Shown here: in pieces, positions 7,689-16,877 of the stretch
Position numbering within the stretch: the stretch's first letter is position 1
Layout: every line of letters begins with the position of its first letter
DNA from: Bellilinea caldifistulae
GTDB lineage: Bacteria > Chloroflexota > Anaerolineae > Anaerolineales > Anaerolineaceae
Reading direction: 5' to 3'
DNA length: 32,000 bases
Assembly: GCF_001306055.1 (NCBI RefSeq)
Contig: NZ_LGHJ01000020.1
Span: 60,001 to 92,000, forward strand
Notes under the pieces: model-generated
What the model saw: the letters and a program-made list of their open reading frames with translations, nothing else
What the model was told of the DNA's origin: nothing
Databases searched by the model: none
Position numbers and translations under genes: made by a program

Positions 7689-8894
7689 TTATTTTTCAGT
7701 GATTTCCACACCGTCTTTGAAGACATGCAAGGGAGCTTCGTGATTCCAGATGGCTTCCCAGACTGAGTTGGCGTTTAAGATGACCAAATCGGCATTGCAG
7801 CCAACTTTCAGGCCGTAATTGGGGATATTCAGTGCCAGAGCGGCATTGGTAGTGATCAGGTCGTAGAGAATTTCCAGTTCTTCGCGGCTGGTCATCCACA
7901 TCAGGTGGGCGGCAAGGAAGGCCACTTCCAGCATGTTATTGCGCCCAAAGGGATAGTAGGCATCGGCAATGTCATCCTGCCCAAGGGCAATGCGTACACC
8001 GGCTTTGTAGAGCGACTTAACGCGGGCGTACAACGGGCCGGTCTGCGGGTCGGAAACCACCCCAATTTGAGCGCGTTTGAGCAGGTATTCGATCTTTCGA
8101 TAATACGGTTCTGGGTAAAGTGCCATGGCACGGGCATGTTGAGCCGTGACACGCCCCTCCCAGCCTTCTTTTATGGTCTTGACTGCCAGCATTTCCAGCG
8201 TGCGCAGGGTGGGGTCGCCGGCATCGTCAATCAGCATGGAAATGGGTTTGTTGTATTTCTTTGCCAGGGCAAACATGCGGTCAATGTGCTCCTGGGCATC
8301 GGCGTCGGTGTATTCGATCCAGGGAATGCCGCCAACCACATCCGCACCCAATTTGAGGGCTTCTTCAACATAATCTTCTGCGCCGGGGTCGCGCACTACA
8401 CCGTCCTGCGGAAAAGCGACAACCTGAATATCTACCTTGCCTTTGAATTCCTCCCGGGCGCGGATGAGGGCTTTGACGCCTTCCAGCCGGGCTTTGGTAT
8501 CGGTATCGGCAAAGGCGCGAATATGGGTGTTGCCAAAGCGAATGGCCAGTTTGACCGCTTTGCGGACGTTTTCGATAATCCACGATTCGTCGTACTTTTC
8601 TTTGACGCGGGCAGCCAGTTCGATGGCGGTCATTGCCCCACCCATCGCCTCGCCTGTGTAGGCCCCCAATGCTTCATCATCCATCATCGAAAGAGTGTAA
8701 ACCTTGCAAAGGTGCAGGTGCCCATTTACAAATGATTCGGTCACCAGATGGCCGTCTGCGTCCACAACCCGCTTTGCATCCCCCTCAATTTTTGGAGAAA
8801 TGGCGGCAATTTTGCCATCCTTGATTCCGATTTGGACTAACTCATTTCCTGAAAAGCGGGTTTTGGCATTCTTGATCAGGTAATCCAGTGTCAT
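7689..8894 (-). CDS. Metal-dependent amidohydrolase, cytosine deaminase / AtzC-like
   Basis: N-terminal beta-sandwich (IKDGKIAAI), then an HxH metal motif FVNGHLHLCK. The 401-aa layout is colinear with CodA-type amidohydrolases. GGAGGG lies 4 nt upstream of ATG 8894. Confidence 0.75.
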   Translation of the reverse strand: MTLDYLIKNAKTRFSGNELVQIGIKDGKIAAISPKIEGDAKRVVDADGHLVTESFVNGHLHLCKVYTLSMMDDEALGAYTGEAMGGAMTAIELAARVKEKYDESWIIENVRKAVKLAIRFGNTHIRAFADTDTKARLEGVKALIRAREEFKGKVDIQVVAFPQDGVVRDPGAEDYVEEALKLGADVVGGIPWIEYTDADAQEHIDRMFALAKKYNKPISMLIDDAGDPTLRTLEMLAVKTIKEGWEGRVTAQHARAMALYPEPYYRKIEYLLKRAQIGVVSDPQTGPLYARVKSLYKAGVRIALGQDDIADAYYPFGRNNMLEVAFLAAHLMWMTSREELEILYDLITTNAALALNIPNYGLKVGCNADLVILNANSVWEAIWNHEAPLHVFKDGVEITEK

Positions 8895-8914
8895 TGTTCC
8901 CTCCGTAGAGTAAT

Positions 8915-8953
8915 GAATAAAATTATCCTGCCCGCAGGTTGTACGGGCAGGAT
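8915..8953 (-). terminator. Stem-loop with a U-rich tail after the 2Fe-2S subunit gene (partial terminator or attenuator candidate)
   Basis: atcctgcccg (8925-8934) pairs with cgggcaggat (8944-8953). On the minus strand the hairpin is followed by AAUUUUAUU. Confidence 0.4.
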
Positions 8954-8961
8954 TTTGAATT

Positions 8962-9450
8962 TCAGGCCTTTTCGGTCATCCGTTCGCGGATCAGTTGTTG
9001 GGCAATCAACGCTCCGTCGCGAATGGGTTCGTAGCCAGTGCAGCGGCACAGGTGTTTATTGAGGGCATTCGATAGTTCGGTTTCGCTGGCGTCCGGTTTG
9101 CTTTCCAGCAGGGCGTGGAGCTCCATCACAATACCGGGGGTGCAGAAACCGCACTGAACGGCTCCTGATTCGGCAATGGCTTTTTGGATCGGGTGCAATT
9201 CCATACCTTTTGCCAGCCCTTCGATGGTCAAAATATTCGCCCCCTGCATTTTGCTGGCCGGGGTATTACAGGATTTAACGGCTTTTCCATTCATGACAAT
9301 TACACATGTGCCGCAGGTAGCGTTATCGCAGCCGCGTTTTGTGCCGGTCAGATCCAGCACGTCGCGGATTACATCAATAACCATCATTTCTTCGTCAATT
9401 TCGACAGAGCGGTATTCGCCATTGATGGTGAAGGAAATTTTCTCGGTCAT
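8962..9450 (-). CDS. Molybdenum hydroxylase small subunit, [2Fe-2S]x2 (xanthine dehydrogenase / aldehyde oxidoreductase / CoxS family)
   Basis: CDNATCGTCV (plant-type cluster), QCGFCTPGIVM and LCRCTGYEPI (second cluster). ATG 9450 has AAGGAG 10 nt upstream and lies 1 nt after the large-subunit stop (9452-9454). Confidence 0.9.
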   Translation of the reverse strand: MTEKISFTINGEYRSVEIDEEMMVIDVIRDVLDLTGTKRGCDNATCGTCVIVMNGKAVKSCNTPASKMQGANILTIEGLAKGMELHPIQKAIAESGAVQCGFCTPGIVMELHALLESKPDASETELSNALNKHLCRCTGYEPIRDGALIAQQLIRERMTEKA

Positions 9451-9451
9451 T

Positions 9452-11785
9452 TCAGGCATACTCCTTTTCCGTTCGGGCTTCGAGGGCTTGTTTGATTTTT
9501 TCGGGCGTGACGGGAATTTCGTAGAAATCCACCCCGATGGCATCATAGATGGCGTTCAGGATGGCAGGTGGCACACCGATAACCGGATGTTCTCCGATGC
9601 CGCGAGCGCCAAAAGCCCCAATCGGGTCGGGTGTTTCGATGAATTCGATGGTTTGCTGGGGAGCTTCTTTATAGGTTGGAATGTGGTACTGGAAGTAATG
9701 TGGGTTAAGGATGCGGCCTTCTTCGTCGAACTTCACTTCTTCATACAAGGCTGCGCCCAACCCCATTAAGACTCCGCCTAACACGGTGCCGCGAATTTGA
9801 ATCGGGTTAATGACCTGTCCGACATCGAAGACGGATGCAAAGTGATCTACGTAGATTCTACCGGTTTTCTTCTCAATGCGGATTTCGGCAGCTTGAGCGC
9901 CAAAGGTATAAGTCACCCCCAGATTCCCCTGACCGTTTTGATCCGGGTTGGAATAACGTGGCAGGCGGGCATCGGCTACCGATTGAGCCAGATCGCCAAT
10001 GGTGATGCCATTGTCCGTGATGTAGCCGCGCGCTAATTGGGTTACCGGAACGCGAATGGAGGGGTCGCTGCGCAGGTAGACGTACTCACCGTCGTATTCA
10101 AGATAATCTTCATCGGTGCGAAGTACCTGAGCAGCTGTTTTCTTCAAGCCTTGAATCAGTTTCTCGGCGGCGCGAACGATGGCGCGTCCCCCTTGCATGG
10201 TGAACATGGAACCGATGGTTTGCCATTCGTAGGGGGAGAACTGGGTGTCAATTTCGTTGTAGCAGCGCACTTTTTCGGGTGGTATCTTGAGGGCTTCGGC
10301 GGCAATCTGACGAACGACGGTGCGCAAGCCCTGGCCCACTTCGGCGCCGCCCATATTGACCGACACGCTGCCGTCAATGTTCATCTTCATGTAGCAGCCC
10401 TTGGTGGAGAAGGGCGCGCCTTTGGGTGATTTCATCAATGCAGCAAAACCCCGACCATAATAAAATTGATCATCTTCTTGCTTCTCTTTGGGCTTTCCAA
10501 AGACAATTTGTTGAACCCGCTCGGCACATGCCTGCATGTCACCGTTTGATTTCCACATCCGCTCACCGAGCGAATTGGTGCTGCCTTCGCGCAGATAATT
10601 CTTGCGGCGTAATTCAAATGGATCCATATTCAGCTTGCGTGCCAGCATGTCCATCATCCGCTCGGTGGCAAACTGCGGTTCGGGATGCCCATAACCACGG
10701 AATGCGCCAACCGGCGGCGTGTTGGTATAGACGGTGTAGCCGGTTAGATCGCAATGTTCAAATTCATACGGGCCGGTGGAGTTGTGGGTTGCGGCGATGG
10801 TCACATTGACGGCAGTGTCGGAGTATGCTCCGCCCGAATGATATACGGTGGTTTTAAGGGCCACCAGTTTGCCATCGCGCTTTGCCCCGATTTTCATGAC
10901 CGTGCGAATGCCGTGAGCAAGTAATGTGCTGGTGATGTCTTCCTTGCGGCTGGCAACCCACTTGACAGGCCGCCCGGGGACGAAACTGGCGATCCAGGCA
11001 ATGGTCTGCTCGACGGTGATATCCGATTTGTAGCCAAAGCAGCCGCCAATATCGGGAATGTGAACGCGAACATCCGAGACGGGCACACCGTAGGAATGGG
11101 CAATGTCATCGCGGATGATGAAGGGGCAAATCGAGGATGACCAGATTTCGATGGTGCGGTCTTCCTTGAACCAGACAATTGAACCGTGCGGTTCGAGTGC
11201 GGCGCAGGAACCAAACGGATAATTGAACTCGCCCTCGATGATGACGTCGGCTTCCTCGAAACCTTCCTCGCCGCGGCCTTTTTTCAGATGATAGACGTTG
11301 GCGATGTTGGTGCCGGGCTTTGGGTTGAGGGTCGGAAGATGCCAGTATTCGCCCAATTCTTCGTGTATGAGAACGGCATCCTCGCTCATTGCCTGGCGGG
11401 CATCAATGTAAACCGGCAGAGGGTCGTATTCCACTTTAATCTTGTCCAACGCCGCGTAGGCGTGGCGGGGCGTATCGGCGATGACGGCAGCAACCGGTTC
11501 TCCAATGTGCCGGACTTTGTCAATCGCCATGGGTACCAGGTCGCGGATGTTATCTCCGTAGCGGTAGGTGCAGCCCTTGCCGGTGACGACTTTGACCACA
11601 CCGGGACATTTTTCGGCTTCACTGGTATCAATGGAGAGGATGCGGGCATGGGCGTATTTGGGCCGCAGGATGGCGGCGTGTAACATGCCCGGCAGACGGA
11701 TGTCATCCAAAAAGACGGCTTTACCGGTAACTTTATTGATGGCATCCGGTCTGATGTAACTTTTACCTAAATACTTGTAAGCCAT
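9452..11785 (-). CDS. Molybdopterin-binding large subunit of a xanthine dehydrogenase / aldehyde oxidase family hydroxylase
   Basis: 777 aa. It has an a/b-hammerhead-type N-terminus (AVFLDDIRLPGMLHAAILRPKYAHARI) and GAFRGYGHPEPQFATERMMD, and is colinear with the family throughout. ATG 11785 is preceded by AAAGGAG with a 6-nt spacer; the track start 11791 is a TTG. Confidence 0.9.
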   Translation of the reverse strand: MAYKYLGKSYIRPDAINKVTGKAVFLDDIRLPGMLHAAILRPKYAHARILSIDTSEAEKCPGVVKVVTGKGCTYRYGDNIRDLVPMAIDKVRHIGEPVAAVIADTPRHAYAALDKIKVEYDPLPVYIDARQAMSEDAVLIHEELGEYWHLPTLNPKPGTNIANVYHLKKGRGEEGFEEADVIIEGEFNYPFGSCAALEPHGSIVWFKEDRTIEIWSSSICPFIIRDDIAHSYGVPVSDVRVHIPDIGGCFGYKSDITVEQTIAWIASFVPGRPVKWVASRKEDITSTLLAHGIRTVMKIGAKRDGKLVALKTTVYHSGGAYSDTAVNVTIAATHNSTGPYEFEHCDLTGYTVYTNTPPVGAFRGYGHPEPQFATERMMDMLARKLNMDPFELRRKNYLREGSTNSLGERMWKSNGDMQACAERVQQIVFGKPKEKQEDDQFYYGRGFAALMKSPKGAPFSTKGCYMKMNIDGSVSVNMGGAEVGQGLRTVVRQIAAEALKIPPEKVRCYNEIDTQFSPYEWQTIGSMFTMQGGRAIVRAAEKLIQGLKKTAAQVLRTDEDYLEYDGEYVYLRSDPSIRVPVTQLARGYITDNGITIGDLAQSVADARLPRYSNPDQNGQGNLGVTYTFGAQAAEIRIEKKTGRIYVDHFASVFDVGQVINPIQIRGTVLGGVLMGLGAALYEEVKFDEEGRILNPHYFQYHIPTYKEAPQQTIEFIETPDPIGAFGARGIGEHPVIGVPPAILNAIYDAIGVDFYEIPVTPEKIKQALEARTEKEYA

Positions 11786-11815
11786 TTTCAACTCCTTTCT
11801 TGAATTACTTGTGTA

Positions 11816-12736
11816 CTATTCTCTGCGGTAGGGTTTCAACAAGGCTGCCGGGTAAGAAGCGTTCCGCCCGGCAATGACCAGGGCAATGATCGTAACCACA
11901 TACGGCAGAGCCAAAAAGGTTTCATAAGGCACGGGCAACTGCAAACCCATTGCCTGTAAGCGCAATTGCAAAGCAAAGGTGCCGCCAAAGATCAAACCGC
12001 CCAGCATCACGCGAACAGGGTGCCAGTTGCCGAAGATCACGATGGCAATGGCAACCCAACCGCGCCCGGAGATGATCCCGTGAGTGAAGGCGCCCAATTG
12101 GAAAAGTGAGAGAAATGCACCCCCAGCCGCCATCAGACCGCCGCCGATTGCCAGGGCAGCATAACGCACTGCCGGTACACTGATTCCGGCGGCATCCACC
12201 GCCTCCGGATTTTCGCCAACCGAGCGGATTTTCAAACCAAAATTGGTGCGGTACAGAATCCACCATGCCAGCGGCACAATGACCAGAAAGGTGAGGTAGG
12301 TCAACCAGTATTGGGAAAGGATCGGCCCGAGGATGGGGTTGTTTTGCAAAATATTGAGCGTTTGGAAGGAAGGGATGGAAGGGGGAGTAGAACGGCCGCC
12401 ATAGAAAAGACGGAAGGTGAAAAGCGTTAAGCCGGTATGCAAGAGGGTGATACCCAGACCGGAAACGTGCTGGTTGACCCCAAGGGTGACGGTGAAGAAA
12501 CCCATCAACAAACCAAACACGATTCCCGATAAGATGGCCATTAATAAACCCAGCCAGAGTGAACCGCTTTTATCGGCGATTAGAAAGCCTACAAAGGCGC
12601 CAAAATACATAATGCCTTCAATGCCGAGGTTCAGAATACCGGCACGTTCGCTATAAGTTTCTCCAATGGCAGCCAGGACAATTGGGGTTGAAACACGGAA
12701 GGTGGCTGCGATTAAGTTGACCAGGAATACTTCCAT
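11816..12736 (-). CDS. ABC transporter permease (BMP / nucleoside-type, second permease)
   Basis: Polytopic hydrophobic protein. Its ATG overlaps the stop of the upstream permease (TAATG at 12734-12738). It sits in an operon with a duplicated ATPase and a BMP-family binding protein. Confidence 0.85.
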   Translation of the reverse strand: MEVFLVNLIAATFRVSTPIVLAAIGETYSERAGILNLGIEGIMYFGAFVGFLIADKSGSLWLGLLMAILSGIVFGLLMGFFTVTLGVNQHVSGLGITLLHTGLTLFTFRLFYGGRSTPPSIPSFQTLNILQNNPILGPILSQYWLTYLTFLVIVPLAWWILYRTNFGLKIRSVGENPEAVDAAGISVPAVRYAALAIGGGLMAAGGAFLSLFQLGAFTHGIISGRGWVAIAIVIFGNWHPVRVMLGGLIFGGTFALQLRLQAMGLQLPVPYETFLALPYVVTIIALVIAGRNASYPAALLKPYRRE

Positions 12737-13806
12737 TATGCCCTCCGAACGATGCGGTAACGTTGAAGCAGGTACATTCCCAGGGCAACCAGTAACATGA
12801 CTGCCTGAGTGACCTCGCCCAGGTAAACCGGTACGCCCATTGCCCGGCTAACCGTTTGAGCGCCGGTATCAATCAACCCAAAGAATAGAGAGGCAACGAA
12901 CACACCTATGGCATTCAGGCTGCCGAGCGTGGCAATGATCACCCCGGTGTAGCCATAACCGGCGGAAAGATCGCCGATCAAGTGGAATTGAATACCAGCT
13001 ACTTCGCTTACCCCGGCAATGCCGGCAATACCGCCGCTGATTAATGCGGCAATCAGTGTGGTGCGTCCAACGTTGATGCCTGCAAATTGTGCGGCAGGTT
13101 TTCCCAGTCCAACGGCGCGCATTTTCAGACCAAAGGAGGTCTGGGTCAGGATAAACCATAAAACTGCAATCCCTACCAGGGCTACAATGAACCCAAAGTG
13201 CAGGCGCGAACGGGGAATCAGCTTGAAAAACATGGTATTCTCAGCAATTTCGGGGGATTGCGGCCAACCAGAGGTTGGGTCGCGCCAGGGGCCGTTTAGA
13301 ATGGCGCTGACAATATAGGCCATGATGGAATTCATCAAAAGGGTGGTGACTACCTCATCCACGGCCAGCCGGACTTTGAGCAGCGCAGGAATCAGCGCCC
13401 AGGCCATACCTGCCAAAAATCCGCCAATTATCATCAAAGGGATGGCAATGGCGGCCGGTACCCCTGCCAGAACAATGCCAAGCCATGCAGCCGCAATCGC
13501 CCCGGCGTACAGCTGGCCTTCGGCGCCGATGTTGTAATAACCGGTGGCAAAAGCAAATGTGACGGCTACGCCGGTCAGCATCAAAGGAGTGGACTTGACC
13601 AGCACCTCCAGGAAAGATACCTGACTGGAGAGAGGGGAGATCAGGAAATAATAGTAAGCCTGAAAGGGATTTGCCCGAGTGGAGAGAATCAACCCCGCAG
13701 TAATAAGGAATGTGATCAAAAGAATCAGCACCGGAATGAGCGGGCGCATCCAAATAGGGGGTGTGTCGGTTTTGACCAGTTGATAAGGGAACCGTTTGGC
13801 TTCCAT
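12736..13806 (-). CDS. ABC transporter permease (BMP / nucleoside-type, first permease)
   Basis: Polytopic hydrophobic protein. ATG 13806 (MEAKRF...) with AAGGAG 10 nt upstream is preferred over the GTG at 13830. Confidence 0.8.
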   Translation of the reverse strand: MEAKRFPYQLVKTDTPPIWMRPLIPVLILLITFLITAGLILSTRANPFQAYYYFLISPLSSQVSFLEVLVKSTPLMLTGVAVTFAFATGYYNIGAEGQLYAGAIAAAWLGIVLAGVPAAIAIPLMIIGGFLAGMAWALIPALLKVRLAVDEVVTTLLMNSIMAYIVSAILNGPWRDPTSGWPQSPEIAENTMFFKLIPRSRLHFGFIVALVGIAVLWFILTQTSFGLKMRAVGLGKPAAQFAGINVGRTTLIAALISGGIAGIAGVSEVAGIQFHLIGDLSAGYGYTGVIIATLGSLNAIGVFVASLFFGLIDTGAQTVSRAMGVPVYLGEVTQAVMLLVALGMYLLQRYRIVRRA

Positions 13807-13810
13807 GGAA

Positions 13811-15313
13811 TCAATGCTCCTTGACGGCACCCGACATCAGCAGCCCGAGTCGTTCGGGTGTGGCTTCTGCGGCGGGTAAAGTACCAACAATTTCGCCCTC
13901 GTAAATGACGGCAATCCGATCCGAGAGCGCCAGAATTTCATCCAGGTCTTCTGAGATCAGCAGAATGGCGGCGCCACGCTGGCGCTGTTCCAGCAATTGC
14001 TGGCGAACATAATCCGTTGCGCCAATATCCAAACCACGGGTCGGTTGAGGAGCAATGATCACTTTGGGCTGCCGGGCCAGTACGCGTGCCAGCAGCACCT
14101 TTTGCATGTTCCCGCCGGAAAGGGTGCGGGTAATATCATTTGGTTTGGCTTTGATCTGAAATTTCTGGATTAACTCACTGGCATATTGACGGATGGCTTT
14201 ATGGTCTAAAACACCATTGCGGGTGAATTCATCCAGATGTTCCAGAACGAGATTGTCGGTAACGCTCAGGTGAACGACCATTCCCTCATGGCGGTCTTCG
14301 GGTATACGTCCGAGTCCGGATTGGGTGAGTTCGGAGGGTGATTTGCCAGTGACATCCCGGCCATCAACGCGGATGCTCCCGGCGGTTGGTTGACGGACAC
14401 CGCAAATCGTTTCAGCCAGTTCCTTCTGCCCGTTTCCTCCAACGCCGGCAATACCTAAAATTTCGCCCTCAAAAACGGTGAGCGAGATGTTCTTAAGGAC
14501 GGGTAAGTTTTTATCGTCGTTGGCGCACAGGTTGATCAGTTCGAGCATGGGTTTTTGTGCAGCCGTTTCGGAAGTTGCTTTGCTGCGCGTTACGCCGAAA
14601 GTTTCTCTTCCGACCATCATCGCAGCCAGTTCTTTTTGGGTGACATCGGCGGTATTGACCGTACCAACGACTTTACCGTCTCGCAGGACGGTGACTCGAT
14701 CGGTGATTTGGGTTACTTCATGTAATTTGTGGCTGATAAAGATGACCGATAAACCTTCCTGTTTGAGACGATTCAACGTTTCAAACAGCGCCTCTACTTC
14801 CTGGGGAATCAGCACTGCGGTTGGTTCGTCAAGAATGAGAATTTCAGCATTGCGGTAAAGGGCTTTAAGAATTTCGACCCGCTGGCGCTGTCCAACCGAC
14901 AGATGCCGGACGATTGCTTTGGGATTGATTTCTAATCCAAACCGACGGGCGGCTTCGGTAACGCTCTCTTCTATTTGATTCTGATCAAGAACGAACGAGT
15001 TTTGATAACCCAGCACAACATTTTCTGCAACCGTCAGCGGCGGCACAAGAGCAAAATGCTGGGTCACCATTCCAATTCCGAGATGGATGGCATCTTTGGG
15101 TGAGTGGATGACGACAGGCTGTTCCTTGACTTTGATGACACCCGAATCGGGATGGTACAACCCATAGAGGATGCGCATCAATGTGGTTTTTCCTGCCCCG
15201 TTTTCACCCAGCAGAGCGTGAACTTCTCCTTTTTGCAATTCAAAATTCACGTGGTCATTGGCGATGAGATCGCCAAAGCGCTTGGTGATGGATTGCATTT
15301 CGACGATAAACAT
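13811..15313 (-). CDS. ABC transporter ATP-binding protein with two fused ATPase domains
   Basis: Domain 1 has GENGAGKTT, LSVGQRQRVEI and ILILDEPT. Domain 2 has GVGGNGQKE and LSGGNMQKVLL. ATG 15313 (MFIVEMQSITKRFG) is preceded by GGAGAGG. Confidence 0.9.
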   Translation of the reverse strand: MFIVEMQSITKRFGDLIANDHVNFELQKGEVHALLGENGAGKTTLMRILYGLYHPDSGVIKVKEQPVVIHSPKDAIHLGIGMVTQHFALVPPLTVAENVVLGYQNSFVLDQNQIEESVTEAARRFGLEINPKAIVRHLSVGQRQRVEILKALYRNAEILILDEPTAVLIPQEVEALFETLNRLKQEGLSVIFISHKLHEVTQITDRVTVLRDGKVVGTVNTADVTQKELAAMMVGRETFGVTRSKATSETAAQKPMLELINLCANDDKNLPVLKNISLTVFEGEILGIAGVGGNGQKELAETICGVRQPTAGSIRVDGRDVTGKSPSELTQSGLGRIPEDRHEGMVVHLSVTDNLVLEHLDEFTRNGVLDHKAIRQYASELIQKFQIKAKPNDITRTLSGGNMQKVLLARVLARQPKVIIAPQPTRGLDIGATDYVRQQLLEQRQRGAAILLISEDLDEILALSDRIAVIYEGEIVGTLPAAEATPERLGLLMSGAVKEH

Positions 15314-15439
15314 GACCTCTCCTGAGGGGCTTAGGTGGGATAACCCGTAGCGGCGCTTGTTTATCAAACAGGATGGTTTTGATCGCTTCTACGGGTGGAC
15401 TGGTATTCCTGACTTGTTTCAACCATTATGGGTGTTGAG

Positions 15440-15473
15440 GTGCCTGTGCGGCTTGCTTTGGCCGCACAGGCAC
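15440..15473 (-). other. Intercistronic 13-bp stem-loop between the binding-protein and ATPase genes
   Basis: gtgcctgtgcggc (15440-15452) pairs with gccgcacaggcac (15461-15473). No U-tract follows on the minus strand, so it looks like an mRNA-stabilising or processing hairpin rather than a full terminator. Confidence 0.5.
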
Positions 15474-15486
15474 ACTCCAGTTTCAC

Positions 15487-16506
15487 CTAGTTGGTAGGTG
15501 CCGGGGGTTCTTCCTTGATGTCAACGCGGAAGAGACCATTGCGGATTTCTTCATCGCGTTGCTTGACCAGCGAAAGGATGTTCTCCGGAATCTTGGATTC
15601 CATGCCGTGGAATGGAGCAAGGTACGCACCACCTTTGGCAACCATGCTGAAGTCCTTGAGATCCTGAGCGGTGAAGGTGCCGGCTTCAATCTGCTTGATC
15701 ACGTATTCAACCGTGGGGGTCATGTTCCAGACTGGCCCGGTCAGGACGTGATCCGGTCCGAGTTCGTACTGGTCGCTCATGTTCCCAAAAGCCAGCAGAC
15801 CTTTTTCAACCGCCGCATCAATCACGCCGAAGCGTTCGGCAAACAGCACATCGGCACCGGCATCCACCTGAGCCAGAGCAGCCTCTTTGGCAGCGGCGGG
15901 ATCAAACCACGAGTTGATGAAGGTAACCAGCACTTTGGCATCCGGGTTGACCTCTTTGACGCCGTCAATGAACGCGTTGACAATGCGGTTGACTTCGGGA
16001 ACGGGATAGCCACCAACCACACCGATCACATTCGTCTTGGTTACACCACCGGCGATCATGCCGCACAGGTAAGCCGGTTCGTGAATCCAGTTATCGAATA
16101 CCGCCACATTGGGTTCCGCCGGGCCGAGGCCGGAACCAAAGACAAAAGCAATTTCCGGGTAATCCTTGGCTACCCGACGGACGGCTTCTTCATTGCCAAA
16201 AGCATCGCCAAAGATGGCGGCTGGTTTTTGTTTTTCGGCTACTTCGCGAAGAACGCGTTCCATATCGCCGGCGTAACCGATATCATCAGTATACTCGTAG
16301 CGGATTTTGCCTTCATCCGCAACTTTTTGGAGCGCCTGATGAATTACACCATCCCAGGGTTCTTCGATGGGGGTGGCAAAGGCGCCGAAGAATAACGGCG
16401 CTTGAGTCTCACCGGTTTGGGGCGCCTGGGTCTGTGCAGCCGGAGCGCATTGTGCGGTAAGCACCACCAGCAAAACAGCGATCAAGACAGTCTTAAAGGT
16501 TTTCAT
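15487..16506 (-). CDS. BMP-family (PnrA/Med-like) ABC substrate-binding protein, secreted
   Basis: Signal peptide MKTFKTVLIAVLLVVLTAQC. BMP-type blocks GVVGGYPVPEVNRIVNAFIDGVKEVNPDAKV...INSWFDPAAAKEAALAQVDAGADVLFAE. Confidence 0.9.
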   Translation of the reverse strand: MKTFKTVLIAVLLVVLTAQCAPAAQTQAPQTGETQAPLFFGAFATPIEEPWDGVIHQALQKVADEGKIRYEYTDDIGYAGDMERVLREVAEKQKPAAIFGDAFGNEEAVRRVAKDYPEIAFVFGSGLGPAEPNVAVFDNWIHEPAYLCGMIAGGVTKTNVIGVVGGYPVPEVNRIVNAFIDGVKEVNPDAKVLVTFINSWFDPAAAKEAALAQVDAGADVLFAERFGVIDAAVEKGLLAFGNMSDQYELGPDHVLTGPVWNMTPTVEYVIKQIEAGTFTAQDLKDFSMVAKGGAYLAPFHGMESKIPENILSLVKQRDEEIRNGLFRVDIKEEPPAPTN

Positions 16507-16877
16507 CGTTTAATTCTCCCCCAGGTGATTGGTTTTAGATAAGAAAATTGAGGTGAGGATGATTGGGAAAGAGATTATGACGTGGACACCTCCTTTCTGA
16601 AATTACATGGGAAAAAAGTGGTTTGTCATGAAAGAGGAGGATAATCAAGGAGGGAACAAAATAACCCAAAAAACCAGATTTCCAGTTTTTAATAAAGACT
16701 GGTAAATCTGAATGGACATCGGATGAAACAGACGATGTAGGGTATTAATAGTTTATTGAAAAACTTTAAGAATTGCAAGCAGTTTGGGTTGACAAATGAC
16801 GAATTAATAATAGATGTATGACAATTGTCCGAAGGAACTAAAAATTCTGCTTTTTTCGATGAGGTTATAATAAAACT

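Noticed and set aside
7905-8735. Long antisense ORFs opposite real genes. Examples: 7905..8735, 15559..16395, 25699..26286, 30387..31109, 9176..9769, 83..733, 1580..2024, 27885..28382.
   Set aside because: They lie entirely inside well-supported genes on the other strand and have low-complexity Gly/Arg/Ala/Pro-rich translations without motifs. Such shadow ORFs are expected in GC-moderate coding DNA.
16628-16705. A 25-codon small ORF (MKEEDNQGGNKITQKTRFPVFNKDW) in the big intergenic region.
   Set aside because: There is no SD in front of its ATG, the sequence is hydrophilic and low-complexity, and it overlaps the hairpin. It is more likely a chance ORF in AT-rich DNA.
16507-16877. A purine (guanine/adenine) riboswitch in the leader of the BMP transporter operon.
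   Set aside because: I found none of the conserved purine-riboswitch junction or loop sequences on either strand, such as the UUUCUACC-type J2/3 or the CCGUAAAU-type P3 loop. The region is kept only as an unclassified structured leader.
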